Positions 1 through 10,263 are shown, numbered from the stretch's first letter. The stretch is 28,651 nt of DNA from a virus (IMGVR_UViG_3300017774_002060:1-28651); one strand, 5' to 3'. Notes: generated by a model not told the origin, from the letters alone. A program made the numbers and translations.

Positions 1-1
1 A

Positions 2-49
2 ACATTTAGCCAGACCGCTAATGGTCAGGAAATGATTATATGGAAATAA
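2..49 (+). CDS. 3' end of an upstream gene (TFSQTANGQEMIIWK*), probably a baseplate gene truncated by the window edge
   Basis: Open frame from position 2 to TAA at 47-49, directly before a late-promoter-like motif and gp8. Identity is inferred from synteny only. Confidence 0.4.
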   Translation, partial: TFSQTANGQEMIIWK

Positions 50-51
50 CA

Positions 52-59
52 AATAAATA
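52..59 (+). promoter_or_regulatory. T4-type late promoter variant (AATAAATA) upstream of gp8
   Basis: 7/8 match to TATAAATA in the short intergenic gap, ending 5 nt before the ATG at 65. Confidence 0.5.
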
Positions 60-64
60 CAGTT

Positions 65-1624
65 ATGACTTCAGCAACCTCTAAAAAAATAGCATATATT
101 GCGGCATCACAGTTCAAAGAATCTTTCTATGAACCATCACCTACTGTCGGTTATGTATTTCTTGGTAACCATTTGCCTTACACAAATGAGAATATTCCAT
201 CAGCAATCATAGATTCTATTGCTGATGAGAAAAATTCTTGGGACAACATGATTGCTGCCAAAAAAATTACTGGTAATGATGTTGAGTTTGTTATTCCGAG
301 AGTCGGTTGGACATCAAGTACAAAGTATAAACAATATGATGATGTTGTTTCCTTTGATGAATTACTGACAGGCAATACCTCATTGAATGTTAAACCGATG
401 TATGTAATGACTTCAAGAAGAGATGTTTATAAGTGTTTATCGAATAATGCTTCCGCAAATTCTACAGTAGAACCATCTGGCGACTATACATCTTCAAACG
501 GTAACATCGCAACATCCGATGGTTATATTTGGAAGTATATGTTCAACGTGAAACCATCAAATAAATTCTTGACGAATACATGGATTCCTGTACCCACCTC
601 CACAGCGCAACTTGATTATAGCGTTAGTCCAATTGGTGTTGTTGATGGTGAACTTTCTACAATTGTTGTAACAAATTCTGGTTCTAATTATTACGAGAAT
701 AATGTATCAGTCACGTTATTGTTTACTGCAGGTTGTACAATATTGACTCTGGCAAATACAACCAACGTGGCAGCAAACATGTCCATAACAGGAGTTGGTA
801 TTGCGCCAGCCACACATATCTCTTCGATTGATGTTCCTAACAATAGAATCACACTATCCACGACAACAACTTCCGCAGGTGGTGGTGGTACAACGGCAAA
901 TCAATTATCATTGGCAACTAGAATTTATGTTGATGGTGATGGCACAAGTATAACAGCAACTCCTGTTGTGAATGCTGCTGGCTATGTGACAAAAGTAACA
1001 GTTTCAACAATTGGAATTGGATACTCACGTGCTAATGCTTTCGTTTACGGCACAGGGTCCAATGCCACTCTTCGTTGCATTCTTGGTCCAAAATATGGTC
1101 ATGCACAAAATTCAGCAAAAGAACTTGGTGCAAACAATGTTATGGTTGCAGTAAAAATTGGTGAAATTGATTCGTCAGAAAATGGAAAGATATCTGCAAA
1201 TACCACATTTAGACAATACGGTGTCTTTGTAGATCCTCATAAATATGGAAGTGCGGCAGTAGTATCTCAAGCAAATGCTAACTCGGTTGTAGCATTTACT
1301 ACAGACATTTCGGTTGAGGGTACTACGCCCCCATATTCATTAGATGAATTTGTTTATCAAGGAACATCTCCAGCAACTGCAAGTGCATATGGATTTGTTG
1401 TTGATCAAACTTCAAGCATAATTAAATTAACTAATGTAAAAGGTTCGTTTTTAACAGGTTTTTCATTAGTTGGAGCAACATCAGGCACAAGTCGTTTGGT
1501 TGTTGGTTTAGGATCACCAGAATTTCAACCATACTCGGGCGATATTCTTTATACAGAAAATGCAGTCAAGACCACTAGAGCAGATGGTCAAGCAGAAAAC
1601 ATCAGACTTATTGTTAGATTCTAA
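65..1624 (+). CDS. gp8: Baseplate wedge subunit, T4 gp8-like (long environmental type)
   Basis: gp8 motifs WDNMIAAKKI, VIPRVGW, YVMTSRRDVYKCLSN, DGYIWKYMF, PKYGH..ELGA..VM, FRQYG, C-terminal SGDILYTEN...QAENIRLIVRF. Confidence 0.9.
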   Translation: MTSATSKKIAYIAASQFKESFYEPSPTVGYVFLGNHLPYTNENIPSAIIDSIADEKNSWDNMIAAKKITGNDVEFVIPRVGWTSSTKYKQYDDVVSFDELLTGNTSLNVKPMYVMTSRRDVYKCLSNNASANSTVEPSGDYTSSNGNIATSDGYIWKYMFNVKPSNKFLTNTWIPVPTSTAQLDYSVSPIGVVDGELSTIVVTNSGSNYYENNVSVTLLFTAGCTILTLANTTNVAANMSITGVGIAPATHISSIDVPNNRITLSTTTTSAGGGGTTANQLSLATRIYVDGDGTSITATPVVNAAGYVTKVTVSTIGIGYSRANAFVYGTGSNATLRCILGPKYGHAQNSAKELGANNVMVAVKIGEIDSSENGKISANTTFRQYGVFVDPHKYGSAAVVSQANANSVVAFTTDISVEGTTPPYSLDEFVYQGTSPATASAYGFVVDQTSSIIKLTNVKGSFLTGFSLVGATSGTSRLVVGLGSPEFQPYSGDILYTENAVKTTRADGQAENIRLIVRF

Positions 1625-1634
1625 AGGTTAATAA

Positions 1635-4600
1635 ATGGCACTAAACACAAATTTTAATGTTGATCCGTACTATGATGATTTTGATGATAATAAAGATTTT
1701 AATCGTATTCTGTTCAAACCAGGATACGCTGTACAGTCCCGTGAATTAACTCAATCTCAAACAATACTACAAAACCAAATCAAAAAATTTGGCGACCACA
1801 TATTTCAATCCGGTTCAATTGTAACTGGCGGTCAAATAACAATTCAAAATACTGCATATGTTAACCTGACTTCAACATATTCTGGTAATGATATTACTGC
1901 TGCTAATTTTGATAAACAATACATTACTGATTTAACAGGAACAAAAAAAGCATATGTTCTGAGAGCATATGACTCAGACCCCGCCGCTAATGAACCAATA
2001 ACTCTCATTATTAATTCGATGTATGGTGGCGATTTTACTGCCAGCGAAACTATTATTACGGCAAATACGACAACAAATGCCATTAATTATTATGCGAATA
2101 CTGCATCGAGTAATCCAACTGGTAATTCGAAAACATTCTCAATTAACACTGGCGTTTTTTACTATGAAGGTTTCTTTGTAAAAAATCAACCTCAATCGGT
2201 TGCTATTTCCAAATATGATCGTGCAAATTCAACAGCGTTAATAGGTTTTGAAGTAACGGAAGATATTGTTGACTATACTCAAGATACCTCACTACTTGAT
2301 CCCGCACAATCAGCATCTAATTTTCAAGCACCTGGTGCGGACCGTTATAAAATTACTTTGACCTTGTCAACACGTGCTATTAATAGCACAGACCTTTCAC
2401 AGTTCATTCAATTGTCTGAGTTTCAAGATGGGCTTCAAAAGAGAGTTATTCAAACTCCAATTTATGGACCTCTTGGTGATGAATTGGCTCGCCGCACGTT
2501 TGATGAATCTGGAGATTATATTGTAAGGCCTTTTGACATTGTAATGACAGATAATTCATCAAATACAGCATTTGCAAATGTTACACTGAGCCCTGGTAAA
2601 GCATATGTTAAAGGATATGAGTTTGGCACTATAGCACCAACAACTATTGTTATTCCAAAACCAAGAACCGTAATCAATGTAAACAATCAGCGTATCAGTG
2701 CTGATTATGGTCATTTTGTTTATGCAAATTCGTTTTTTGGTACTTTTGCCACAAATCAAATTGCCAACGTTGATATCTTTTGCGTAGACGCTGGTCAGTT
2801 AGTAAACTATGCAGGTAATACTTCTTTCCTTGCCAATCTTAAAATTGGCACTGCAAAAATTAAAACAATTAAGTTTGATGCATCCGCAAATACATTAGAT
2901 TCTAACACGTACATCTATAAAACATTTATATCTGATGTAAATACTCGTTCAATTATCAATCTGACTGATCCCACTGGTGCTAATGGTTACTTCATTAATG
3001 CTGCTGGTAATACAACAACTTTTACTTTACCTACTGGCTTTTCTGGCAATAATGATTGTTATGTTGGCGCAAGAATTCGTATGGTTGGTGGTAATGGTTC
3101 ATTCGATACTGCAAGAACTATCAAATTCTATGAAGGATCAACTCGTAATGTAACAGTTGATCGTGCGTTCTCACAACCTATCGGTTCAAATAGTGGAGCA
3201 TATAATTTAGCGACCACTCCATTTTTTCCATCGAATAGTAAATTTATAATTGACTTCGATATTGGTCAAGCAGAATCATTTGCAGTTTTTGATGGTACAA
3301 CAAGAAAGGCAACTGCAAACGTTCATCCATATTCTAAACGTCAAGTAACAACTTCTGGCGGCGTAATACACTATCCGGTATTTATTTCTGAAACTGAATC
3401 TGAACCCCTACTATTTAAAGTTGGTGAAGATGATGTTGCACAAAATACGATTGTTGATTTTAGTTATTCTTATTCGAGATTGTATCAAGGTATTTCTTTT
3501 AGTGCCGCTGGACTATCTACATCGTTGTCCGTTGGTATAGGTGAATCTTTAATACCTGCATCAACCACAACTGCATTACAAGAAAATTATATGATTGTTG
3601 TGACATCTGGCAATGCCACATATCCTACAGGTTCAATTGTTCCCGCAACAGGCATTGTGAGTGTAAGTACATCAACTCGTCAAATTGATCTTGGTACTCC
3701 CGGTGCTAGTATAACAGCAAACGTTTATGCTGCAATTAGCAGTTCAAATCCAACATCGAAAACTAAAACATTTATTTCAGCGAATGTTGTTTTAGTTGAT
3801 CCTGCTGTAGGTGGCACGAATAATATTTTTGGTGCTGGTAATACTTCGGTTTATGTTGCAGCACTTGATGGTCAAACAGCAATTACCAGCAACACAATTT
3901 TGGTAAGAACACCTAGTGTTCCACAATCATTGTTTGTTTCTGATGTACATTCTATCAATGCTATTTTTGACTTCCAAGGTCAAACAATCAGTACAGCGAA
4001 CTACAATGCATTAGATAAATCCGCATCGTCAGTATATAATGTAACTTCACGCTATGTTCTTTCTACTGGACAAAAAGATTCTTTTTATGATCATGGCTCA
4101 ATTCGTTTGAAGTCGGGTCAAACACCACCAACTGGTCCATTATTGATTCGTTACAATCGTTTCAAATCATCTGGTTCTGGTTATTTTGATGTTGATTCAT
4201 ACACACGTTTAGGCCCAGGTAATTTAGCATATGAAAATATTCCTTTATTCTCTACAGAACAAGGTGTTTCATATGCATTGGGAGATTACCTCGATTTCCG
4301 TGCTGTTCGCAGAGATGCTACAGATGCATTTTCAGCAAACAACTCTGTGTTTGATGTTGAAGAAGCGGGTGCTGGTCCTAAATTCCCATTAGTGGGTAGT
4401 GCAATTATTACTGATTATAGTTATTATCTGCCTCGTATAGATAGGGTTGTTTTGAATAAAATAGGTACGTTTGAGGTTATTCAAGGTGTTCCCTCAAGAA
4501 CTCCTGTTGCGCCTGTACAACCAGATGAAGCGATGAGTTTATATGTTTTAAGTTATCCTGCTTATCTTGGCTTTGCATCATCAACAAGTATTCAAACATT

Positions 4601-7600
4601 TAAGAACAAACGTTATACAATGAAAGATATTGGTGCGTTAGAAAAACGTATTGAAAATCTGGAATATTATACATCTCTTTCATTGTTAGAACAAGCAACA
4701 GTTAATAAACAAGATTTAACAACATTAGATTCTACTGGCCTACCACGATATAAAAATGGCGTAATGGTGGATTCATTCATTGATAAAACAGTGGCAAATT
4801 TTACTGCCCGTGACTTCAATGCTTCTATTGATGTAGTTAATAATCTTTGTCGAGGTTCTTATAATCTAACTTCAGCAAAAATATTTTCCAATAGTAGTTC
4901 TTTCGACACTGGTATCGAATATAATGGTCCACTATTAACGCTGAGTGCAACAAATCAAACATTTCTTACACAGAATCTAGCATCAAAATCTGTTAATGTT
5001 AATCCATTTGACGTTATCAATTATGTTGGTTCAGTCAAACTTGATCCTCCGTCGGATGTTTGGACATCGGATACTAGAATTGAAGCACAAAATATTGATT
5101 TGACTGGTGGTGATGCTGCACGTGATGCATGGTCATCAATACAAAGTACATCTTGGGGTTCTTGGCAAACAACATGGACAGGTGTAGATTCTACAGCAAT
5201 TGGTGGCACAAGAACAACAGCATCATCTTCCAGAGTGGGATTAAGGGTAGCAACTACTACAACTACAACACAAGATTTCCTAGAAACTAGAACGATAAAT
5301 GAAACTCGTACAGGAATTTTGTCGCAAATTGTACCACAACAACTTACCAAATCGTTAGGTGACCGTGTTGTTGATGTGACGATTGTACAGTTCATGCGTA
5401 ATATCAACATTCTTGCTGTTGGTTCTGGATTTAAACCATCAACAACTTTGTACGCATTCTTTGATAATGTTAATGTTGACAAATATGTTTATCGTGCAAA
5501 CATGATCAAATTTGCTAACAATAATCTCGATTATCAAACTACAATTAGTGATCCTGAAGATGTAGCATTCTATGATGTTGCTACAGGTTCGTTAATGGGT
5601 TCGGGTGTGGTAGTATTGTCTGCAAATAATCATGCATTCTTTACCAATATTATTCCTAGTTCAGCATATGGTTCATGGTTAACTGCTACAAGTGGTATTC
5701 GTGTGGTTGGTGCAATTTCTGGTGAAACTAACATTACCTCAACATGGGATCACTATTCAGGTGAGGCGATCAGTGCAACTGCTTCCACAATAGTGTTAGA
5801 TTTTCATGCTGGTGGTGCATCAAATACTTCCGACTATGTTGGACAAACAATTCGTATTATTGGTGGTACTGGTTCTGGAACATCGGCAGTTATTTCTGGT
5901 TATGCTCCCTCAACCCGCACTGTGTCAATTACTGGCACATGGACAACGACACCCGATGGAACATCATCATATTCTATTGGAACATTAACGTCATCGGAAG
6001 AAGGTGCTACTGCAGGTATATTCTCCGCTCCTACGGATACTTTCCGTACAGGTGAAAAACTTTTCCGCTTGATAGATGACTCTTCAGGTACAGTTGAACG
6101 TTCAACAACAAATGGTGATGCTTCATTCTTCTCACAAGGATTAATTCAAACTAAACAGGAAACATCCGTTTCAGTGTTCGTTCCTGGTGTGGTAAGAAGT
6201 GAAGTGTCTGAAAGTAGAACATCGACCTCATCATCAATTCGTAGTGCTTCACAAACTTCAATTAGATATCATGACCCGCTTGCAGAAACATTCTTGATCA
6301 ACTCAGATCAATTCCCACAGGGTATTATGTTGTCAAGTGTTCGTGTTTGTTTTAAAACTAAAGATGTATCTGCTCCAGTTCAACTACAGGTTCGCCCAGT
6401 GATTAATGGATATCCATCTTCTTCTACAGTATATCCGTATGCTGATGTCGTGTTGACTCCAGATAAAGTAAAAACGTCCACGATTCCAAATATTGAAGAT
6501 CCAAATAAGTATACCGAATTTAAGTTTGATGTGCCAGTCTATTTGTTGCCCGGCGAACATTGTATAGTTCTATTATCCAATAGTATCGGATATGAGACAT
6601 TTGTTGCCGAAAAGGATCAAATCAACTTAGCATCTTCCACAAAAATTTCAAAACAAGCATATACAGGATCTTTCTTTGAGTCTCAGAATGGATCAACTTG
6701 GTCAGCAGATCAAAATATTGACATGATGTTTAGTCTCCAGAAAAAAGTATTTTCTGGTAGTCTTGGCTTTGCTCATTTTGAAACTGATATATCGTACAGA
6801 AATGCAAATGCTGTATATGATTTGATGCAGGTTATGTCAACTGATGTTGTATTGTCGAATACTTCAATCAATTATGAATTTGTTTCACAACAAGATGGAA
6901 CTGGAACAGCACATGGATTTTTACCTGTTGTGCCCAACAGCGATTATAAAATGGTAGATGGATTCGGTCGCCGTGTTCTAAGTACGATATCTGGTAACGC
7001 CACATTTATTTTAAGAACTACACTACAAAGTAGTAATCCCGATATTTCTCCAATGATTGATATTACTCGTCTGAATCTTTTAGCAATCGAAAATAAGATT
7101 AACAATTTAGGACTTTCAAATTCTGATATCGTTGTAGCAAATGTTGGACAGAACATGCAAGATGGTATCTATTCATTAAGTTTATCTGGTGGTGGTGGTT
7201 CAGGAGCAACGGCAAGTGCAAACGTTGTTGGTGGTCGATTGAGTCGTGCTTGGATAGTTTCTTCAGGTTCTGGATACACAACTTCGCCAACAATCAATTT
7301 ATTCGCATCTTTATGCACATCAGTTTCTGGTGGGTCACCATATTCTGGTGGTCTTACTGTAGGAACTTCAGCAAACGGTGCGTCTATTACTATTACTGGT
7401 GAAGATAAAAAAGAAGGTGGACCCGCAAATATTCGTTATTTAACTCGTAAAGTTCAGTTAGCATCAGGATTTATTTCAGGCGATCTTCGTGTTTATTTAC
7501 TTGCATATCAACCTGCACTGTCTAGCATAAATGTATATGGGAAGTTTTTGTCACCAGGCGATAATGAACCTTTTGAAGATAAAAATTTTAACTTGTTGAC

Positions 7601-7838
7601 TTTAATCAATAATAATAATTTTGTTTCTTCAGACGAAAATGATTACCGTGAATTAACTTTTGCGCCAGGAACTGCTGGTGTTGTATCGAATCAAATCGTA
7701 TATACAAACGCTGCTGGCACACAGACTTTTACAGACTTTGCCACATTTGCAGTTAAAGTGGTAATGGCTGGTGAGAGCACAGTTGATGTTCCTAAAATCA
7801 AAGATTTGCGTATCATTGCTTTACCTGACGGCCTATAA
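1635..7838 (+). CDS. Large virion structural protein, VrlC-like / DUF4815 family (baseplate-associated)
   Basis: N-terminus NFNVDPYYDDFD..K.FNRILFKPGYAVQSRELTQSQTILQNQI; APGADRYKI; LARRTFDESGDY; KRYTMKDIGALEKRIENLEYYTSLSLLE; DPLAETF; C-terminal PKIKDLRIIAL. This type follows gp8 in environmental T4-like phages. Confidence 0.85.
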   Translation: MALNTNFNVDPYYDDFDDNKDFNRILFKPGYAVQSRELTQSQTILQNQIKKFGDHIFQSGSIVTGGQITIQNTAYVNLTSTYSGNDITAANFDKQYITDLTGTKKAYVLRAYDSDPAANEPITLIINSMYGGDFTASETIITANTTTNAINYYANTASSNPTGNSKTFSINTGVFYYEGFFVKNQPQSVAISKYDRANSTALIGFEVTEDIVDYTQDTSLLDPAQSASNFQAPGADRYKITLTLSTRAINSTDLSQFIQLSEFQDGLQKRVIQTPIYGPLGDELARRTFDESGDYIVRPFDIVMTDNSSNTAFANVTLSPGKAYVKGYEFGTIAPTTIVIPKPRTVINVNNQRISADYGHFVYANSFFGTFATNQIANVDIFCVDAGQLVNYAGNTSFLANLKIGTAKIKTIKFDASANTLDSNTYIYKTFISDVNTRSIINLTDPTGANGYFINAAGNTTTFTLPTGFSGNNDCYVGARIRMVGGNGSFDTARTIKFYEGSTRNVTVDRAFSQPIGSNSGAYNLATTPFFPSNSKFIIDFDIGQAESFAVFDGTTRKATANVHPYSKRQVTTSGGVIHYPVFISETESEPLLFKVGEDDVAQNTIVDFSYSYSRLYQGISFSAAGLSTSLSVGIGESLIPASTTTALQENYMIVVTSGNATYPTGSIVPATGIVSVSTSTRQIDLGTPGASITANVYAAISSSNPTSKTKTFISANVVLVDPAVGGTNNIFGAGNTSVYVAALDGQTAITSNTILVRTPSVPQSLFVSDVHSINAIFDFQGQTISTANYNALDKSASSVYNVTSRYVLSTGQKDSFYDHGSIRLKSGQTPPTGPLLIRYNRFKSSGSGYFDVDSYTRLGPGNLAYENIPLFSTEQGVSYALGDYLDFRAVRRDATDAFSANNSVFDVEEAGAGPKFPLVGSAIITDYSYYLPRIDRVVLNKIGTFEVIQGVPSRTPVAPVQPDEAMSLYVLSYPAYLGFASSTSIQTFKNKRYTMKDIGALEKRIENLEYYTSLSLLEQATVNKQDLTTLDSTGLPRYKNGVMVDSFIDKTVANFTARDFNASIDVVNNLCRGSYNLTSAKIFSNSSSFDTGIEYNGPLLTLSATNQTFLTQNLASKSVNVNPFDVINYVGSVKLDPPSDVWTSDTRIEAQNIDLTGGDAARDAWSSIQSTSWGSWQTTWTGVDSTAIGGTRTTASSSRVGLRVATTTTTTQDFLETRTINETRTGILSQIVPQQLTKSLGDRVVDVTIVQFMRNINILAVGSGFKPSTTLYAFFDNVNVDKYVYRANMIKFANNNLDYQTTISDPEDVAFYDVATGSLMGSGVVVLSANNHAFFTNIIPSSAYGSWLTATSGIRVVGAISGETNITSTWDHYSGEAISATASTIVLDFHAGGASNTSDYVGQTIRIIGGTGSGTSAVISGYAPSTRTVSITGTWTTTPDGTSSYSIGTLTSSEEGATAGIFSAPTDTFRTGEKLFRLIDDSSGTVERSTTNGDASFFSQGLIQTKQETSVSVFVPGVVRSEVSESRTSTSSSIRSASQTSIRYHDPLAETFLINSDQFPQGIMLSSVRVCFKTKDVSAPVQLQVRPVINGYPSSSTVYPYADVVLTPDKVKTSTIPNIEDPNKYTEFKFDVPVYLLPGEHCIVLLSNSIGYETFVAEKDQINLASSTKISKQAYTGSFFESQNGSTWSADQNIDMMFSLQKKVFSGSLGFAHFETDISYRNANAVYDLMQVMSTDVVLSNTSINYEFVSQQDGTGTAHGFLPVVPNSDYKMVDGFGRRVLSTISGNATFILRTTLQSSNPDISPMIDITRLNLLAIENKINNLGLSNSDIVVANVGQNMQDGIYSLSLSGGGGSGATASANVVGGRLSRAWIVSSGSGYTTSPTINLFASLCTSVSGGSPYSGGLTVGTSANGASITITGEDKKEGGPANIRYLTRKVQLASGFISGDLRVYLLAYQPALSSINVYGKFLSPGDNEPFEDKNFNLLTLINNNNFVSSDENDYRELTFAPGTAGVVSNQIVYTNAAGTQTFTDFATFAVKVVMAGESTVDVPKIKDLRIIALPDGL

Positions 7839-7847
7839 GGAGAATAA

Positions 7848-8084
7848 ATGTTTGTTCGTATAGAGGAAGAAAAGCATCTGGTTCGTGATACGACCAATAG
7901 AGCAATTCTAAATACTGATCGTGCAGGTCTTGAAAATTATTTAGCGCAGCGTCAGTTAGCAAAACAAAGATTGGCTGAACAGGAAGAAATGAAAAACAAA
8001 GTAAATAAACTAGAAGAAGATATCACGGACATCAAAGGTATGCTCCGTGAACTTGTACAGATGAAAGCACCAAATGGCAATTAA
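7848..8084 (+). CDS. Small conserved coiled-coil protein downstream of the VrlC-like gene
   Basis: AAGGAG RBS; LVRDTTNRAILNTD motif followed by heptads (MKNKVNKLEEDITDIKGML). Confidence 0.75.
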   Translation: MFVRIEEEKHLVRDTTNRAILNTDRAGLENYLAQRQLAKQRLAEQEEMKNKVNKLEEDITDIKGMLRELVQMKAPNGN

Positions 8085-8430
8085 TCAATTAAATACATCG
8101 AACACCTTTTCGGAGTGGATAACAACCACTTCATATTTGGTGGCAGTTGCTAACAATCTGACTGATGGCGTAAATACATTTCCATTTATTGCTAACAGTC
8201 AGATTGATATTAGTGGTGTAAATGCTAGTTTAAATGTTCGTAATAGTGGTGACATAAATCAACTATACGCAAATGCTGCGAATGTTATTATCGCAAATGT
8301 TTCGGGTGATTTGTTCTCAGGTAATCTAGCGGTTACTGGTACTTTTACTGGCGCACCAAACAATGCAATTTATAGTACGATTACTGCTGCGATTGATGCG
8401 AGTATCGCATTCTCAATTGTACTTGGTTAA
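8074..8430 (+). CDS. Short fibre/anchor-like virion protein
   Basis: N-terminal SNTFSEW motif resembling the 'DTF..WR' start of T4-like fibre-anchor proteins; C-terminal ASIAFSIVLG of the 'AIA.AIALG' type; overlaps the previous gene by 11 nt. Confidence 0.65.
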   Translation: MAINQLNTSNTFSEWITTTSYLVAVANNLTDGVNTFPFIANSQIDISGVNASLNVRNSGDINQLYANAANVIIANVSGDLFSGNLAVTGTFTGAPNNAIYSTITAAIDASIAFSIVLG

Positions 8431-8436
8431 TAAATA
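8429..8436 (+). promoter_or_regulatory. T4-type late promoter variant (AATAAATA)
   Basis: 7/8 match overlapping the stop codon of 8074..8430, upstream of a GAGG RBS and the ATG at 8459. Confidence 0.5.
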
Positions 8437-8458
8437 ATTTTACAAAACAGAGGATTTA

Positions 8459-8791
8459 ATGGCTAATACGTTTAAGAATAGCACTCTCAAGGCTGCTGGA
8501 GTTTCAGCACAGAATGCTTATGTTGCTGGTGCAGGTGTTTCAGCAACAATTATTGGCATGTCGATTGCTAATATGATCACCACACCTATCACTGCTAGTG
8601 TTATTATAAGTGGTGGAACAATTACTGGCAACGTGTTTTTAGTTAAAGATGCAACAATTGCTCCTGGCGGTTCATTAGTTCCTATTGGTGGAGATCAGAA
8701 ATTGGTATTAGAAGCGGGCGACTATCTACAGGTAAATACTTCTGTAGCATCTTCTGCTGATGTTATCACTTCGATTCTGGAGATCATCTAA
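8459..8791 (+). CDS. Conserved small beta-rich virion protein (MANTFK...KLVLEAGD...SILEI type), putative fibre adaptor/hub
   Basis: GAGG RBS; motif set commonly seen in phage fibre clusters immediately before MAYIG-type fibre genes; its stop overlaps the next ATG (TAATG). Confidence 0.7.
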   Translation: MANTFKNSTLKAAGVSAQNAYVAGAGVSATIIGMSIANMITTPITASVIISGGTITGNVFLVKDATIAPGGSLVPIGGDQKLVLEAGDYLQVNTSVASSADVITSILEII

Positions 8792-9732
8792 TGTCCTATC
8801 TTGGCAATTCACCTGAATTAAATACTTTTACACTTGGCGTTGAAAAGTTCAACGGTTCTGGTGCTTGTACCACATTCACACTAACAAGAGATATTGATGA
8901 TCCGAACTATCTTGAAGTTGTTGTTGGTGGTGTACAACAAACTCCAAATGATGCGTATGCCGTTACTAATGGTGTGTTGACATTTACAACACCTCCAGGA
9001 TTAGGAACAAACAATGTAGTTGTGATTTACCGTACAGGCACAACGATTGCATTTAATCAGATTTCAGCATCACAAATATTAGCAAACTCTGTAACATCGA
9101 CTGCTATGGCCCCAAATGCAGTAATAAATTCAAAGATATCCCCAAATGCAATTACTGGTGATAAACTTGCTGATGGTATTATTGCAACGAATAATATGGT
9201 AGTTCAGAGTATTACAGGAAATTTAATTGGCCTTGGAGCCATTACTGGTAACAACTTTGCATCAAATCTGACAATTTCAACCGCACTTGTTGTCGAAACA
9301 ATCAATGTTATTACTACTGGAATTAGTGGAAATTATACTCTACATTTAGCAAACAGTGCAGTATACCACACAATTGCAAATGCTACTAGCAATATCACTT
9401 TTAACATGATTGCGAATAGTACGCACACATTGAATGAAATGTTAAAAATCGGTCAATCAGTTTCAACATCAGTTCTGCTCAAACTAGGTTCAACACGTTA
9501 TCGTGCAAATATTCACATTGATGGTGTGTTACAAACCGCATATTGGGCAGGCAATACACAACCTTTGTATTTTTCTTCTGCATCACAAGCAATGACATAT
9601 GATGCATACAATATTTCTATTATAAAAATAGCGGATTCACGATATACAGTATTTGCTGCTAACACTTTATACGGTCAAGCAAACGGACAAGGTATGAGCG
9701 CAATCAACAATGGATTTGGACCTGAACAATAA
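8791..9732 (+). CDS. Fibre-like protein A (MxYxGN N-terminus, small beta domain, 10-aa repeat stalk, C-terminal beta domain); paralog of 10275..11141
   Basis: FNGSG..TTFTL...VVVGGVQQTP..Y....LTFTTPP; decamers such as ISPNAITGDK and IGLGAITGNN; C-terminal domain aligns with that of 10275..11141. Confidence 0.75.
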   Translation: MSYLGNSPELNTFTLGVEKFNGSGACTTFTLTRDIDDPNYLEVVVGGVQQTPNDAYAVTNGVLTFTTPPGLGTNNVVVIYRTGTTIAFNQISASQILANSVTSTAMAPNAVINSKISPNAITGDKLADGIIATNNMVVQSITGNLIGLGAITGNNFASNLTISTALVVETINVITTGISGNYTLHLANSAVYHTIANATSNITFNMIANSTHTLNEMLKIGQSVSTSVLLKLGSTRYRANIHIDGVLQTAYWAGNTQPLYFSSASQAMTYDAYNISIIKIADSRYTVFAANTLYGQANGQGMSAINNGFGPEQ

Positions 9733-9815
9733 TGCCAATTAGAGGATCAATTGCAAACTCACTGAAAGCCTATGGTGCTGATAGAAATAGTTTAATTTTT
9801 TATCATAAATACTGA
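9732..9815 (+). pseudogene. 27-codon remnant (MPIRGSIANSLKAYGADRNSLIFYHKY*) of a Gly-rich tip gene, or a docking-peptide micro-ORF
   Basis: ATG overlaps the upstream TAA (TAATG). The first ~15 aa resemble MPIIGSLGNASASSYG, the start of 11143..12147, which holds the same position in the paralogous cassette. Absent from the ORF track. Confidence 0.65.
9804..9811 (+). promoter_or_regulatory. T4-type late promoter variant (CATAAATA)
   Basis: 7/8 match upstream of an AGGAG RBS and the ATG at 9844. Confidence 0.5.
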
Positions 9816-9843
9816 GAAGTAATTTTTTTATAGGAGTAATTGA

Positions 9844-10263
9844 ATGAATAATGAGCAAATTTCTTATGCACAATATTTACTTGGTAGTAATAACAAACTT
9901 GTATGTGGAATAGATACTGCAATTAAAGCATTACGGCCGACGGCAAAATATGATTTGGTGGCGCAGGGTGGACATTTTGAATTCACTCGTTGGGAAGATT
10001 CTTCAGGATCAACTCCACCAACAAAAAATCAAATTTTAAAAGAATTAGAATATCAAAATGAATTTGTTAAGCACTGGCAATATTTTTTAGATCGTGCAAG
10101 CAATTATCCAGATATTGTTGTATTAATTAATGATTTATGGGATGCTATGGATTCTCGTGAAATTCCAGGAAAAGGAACAAAGTTTTATAACTCGATTAAA
10201 AAAACGAATGAAGATTTTCCAAAACCTCTTGATGAACCACCAGTAAGACCGATACACGAATAA
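9844..10263 (+). CDS. Putative fibre assembly chaperone (XkdW-like N-part; 'R...YP.I......LW..MD...K...PK' C-part)
   Basis: AIKALRPTAKY...WED....PPTKNQILKEL and DRASNYPDIVVLINDLWDAMD...KKTNEDFPKP. Charged, non-fibrous composition inside a fibre cluster. Confidence 0.55.
   Translation: MNNEQISYAQYLLGSNNKLVCGIDTAIKALRPTAKYDLVAQGGHFEFTRWEDSSGSTPPTKNQILKELEYQNEFVKHWQYFLDRASNYPDIVVLINDLWDAMDSREIPGKGTKFYNSIKKTNEDFPKPLDEPPVRPIHE

Noticed and set aside
1844-7897. Minus-strand ORFs inside the VrlC-like gene (e.g. 5021..5482) and similar ones inside gp15, gp17, gp18 and gp20
   Set aside because: Antisense shadows of conserved plus-strand genes with no recognisable motifs.
9732-10263. Programmed frameshift or readthrough fusing the 27-codon remnant to 9844..10263 via the T-runs
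   Set aside because: An in-frame TGA (9841-9843) lies immediately before the 9844 ATG, and that gene has its own AGGAG RBS and promoter motif.
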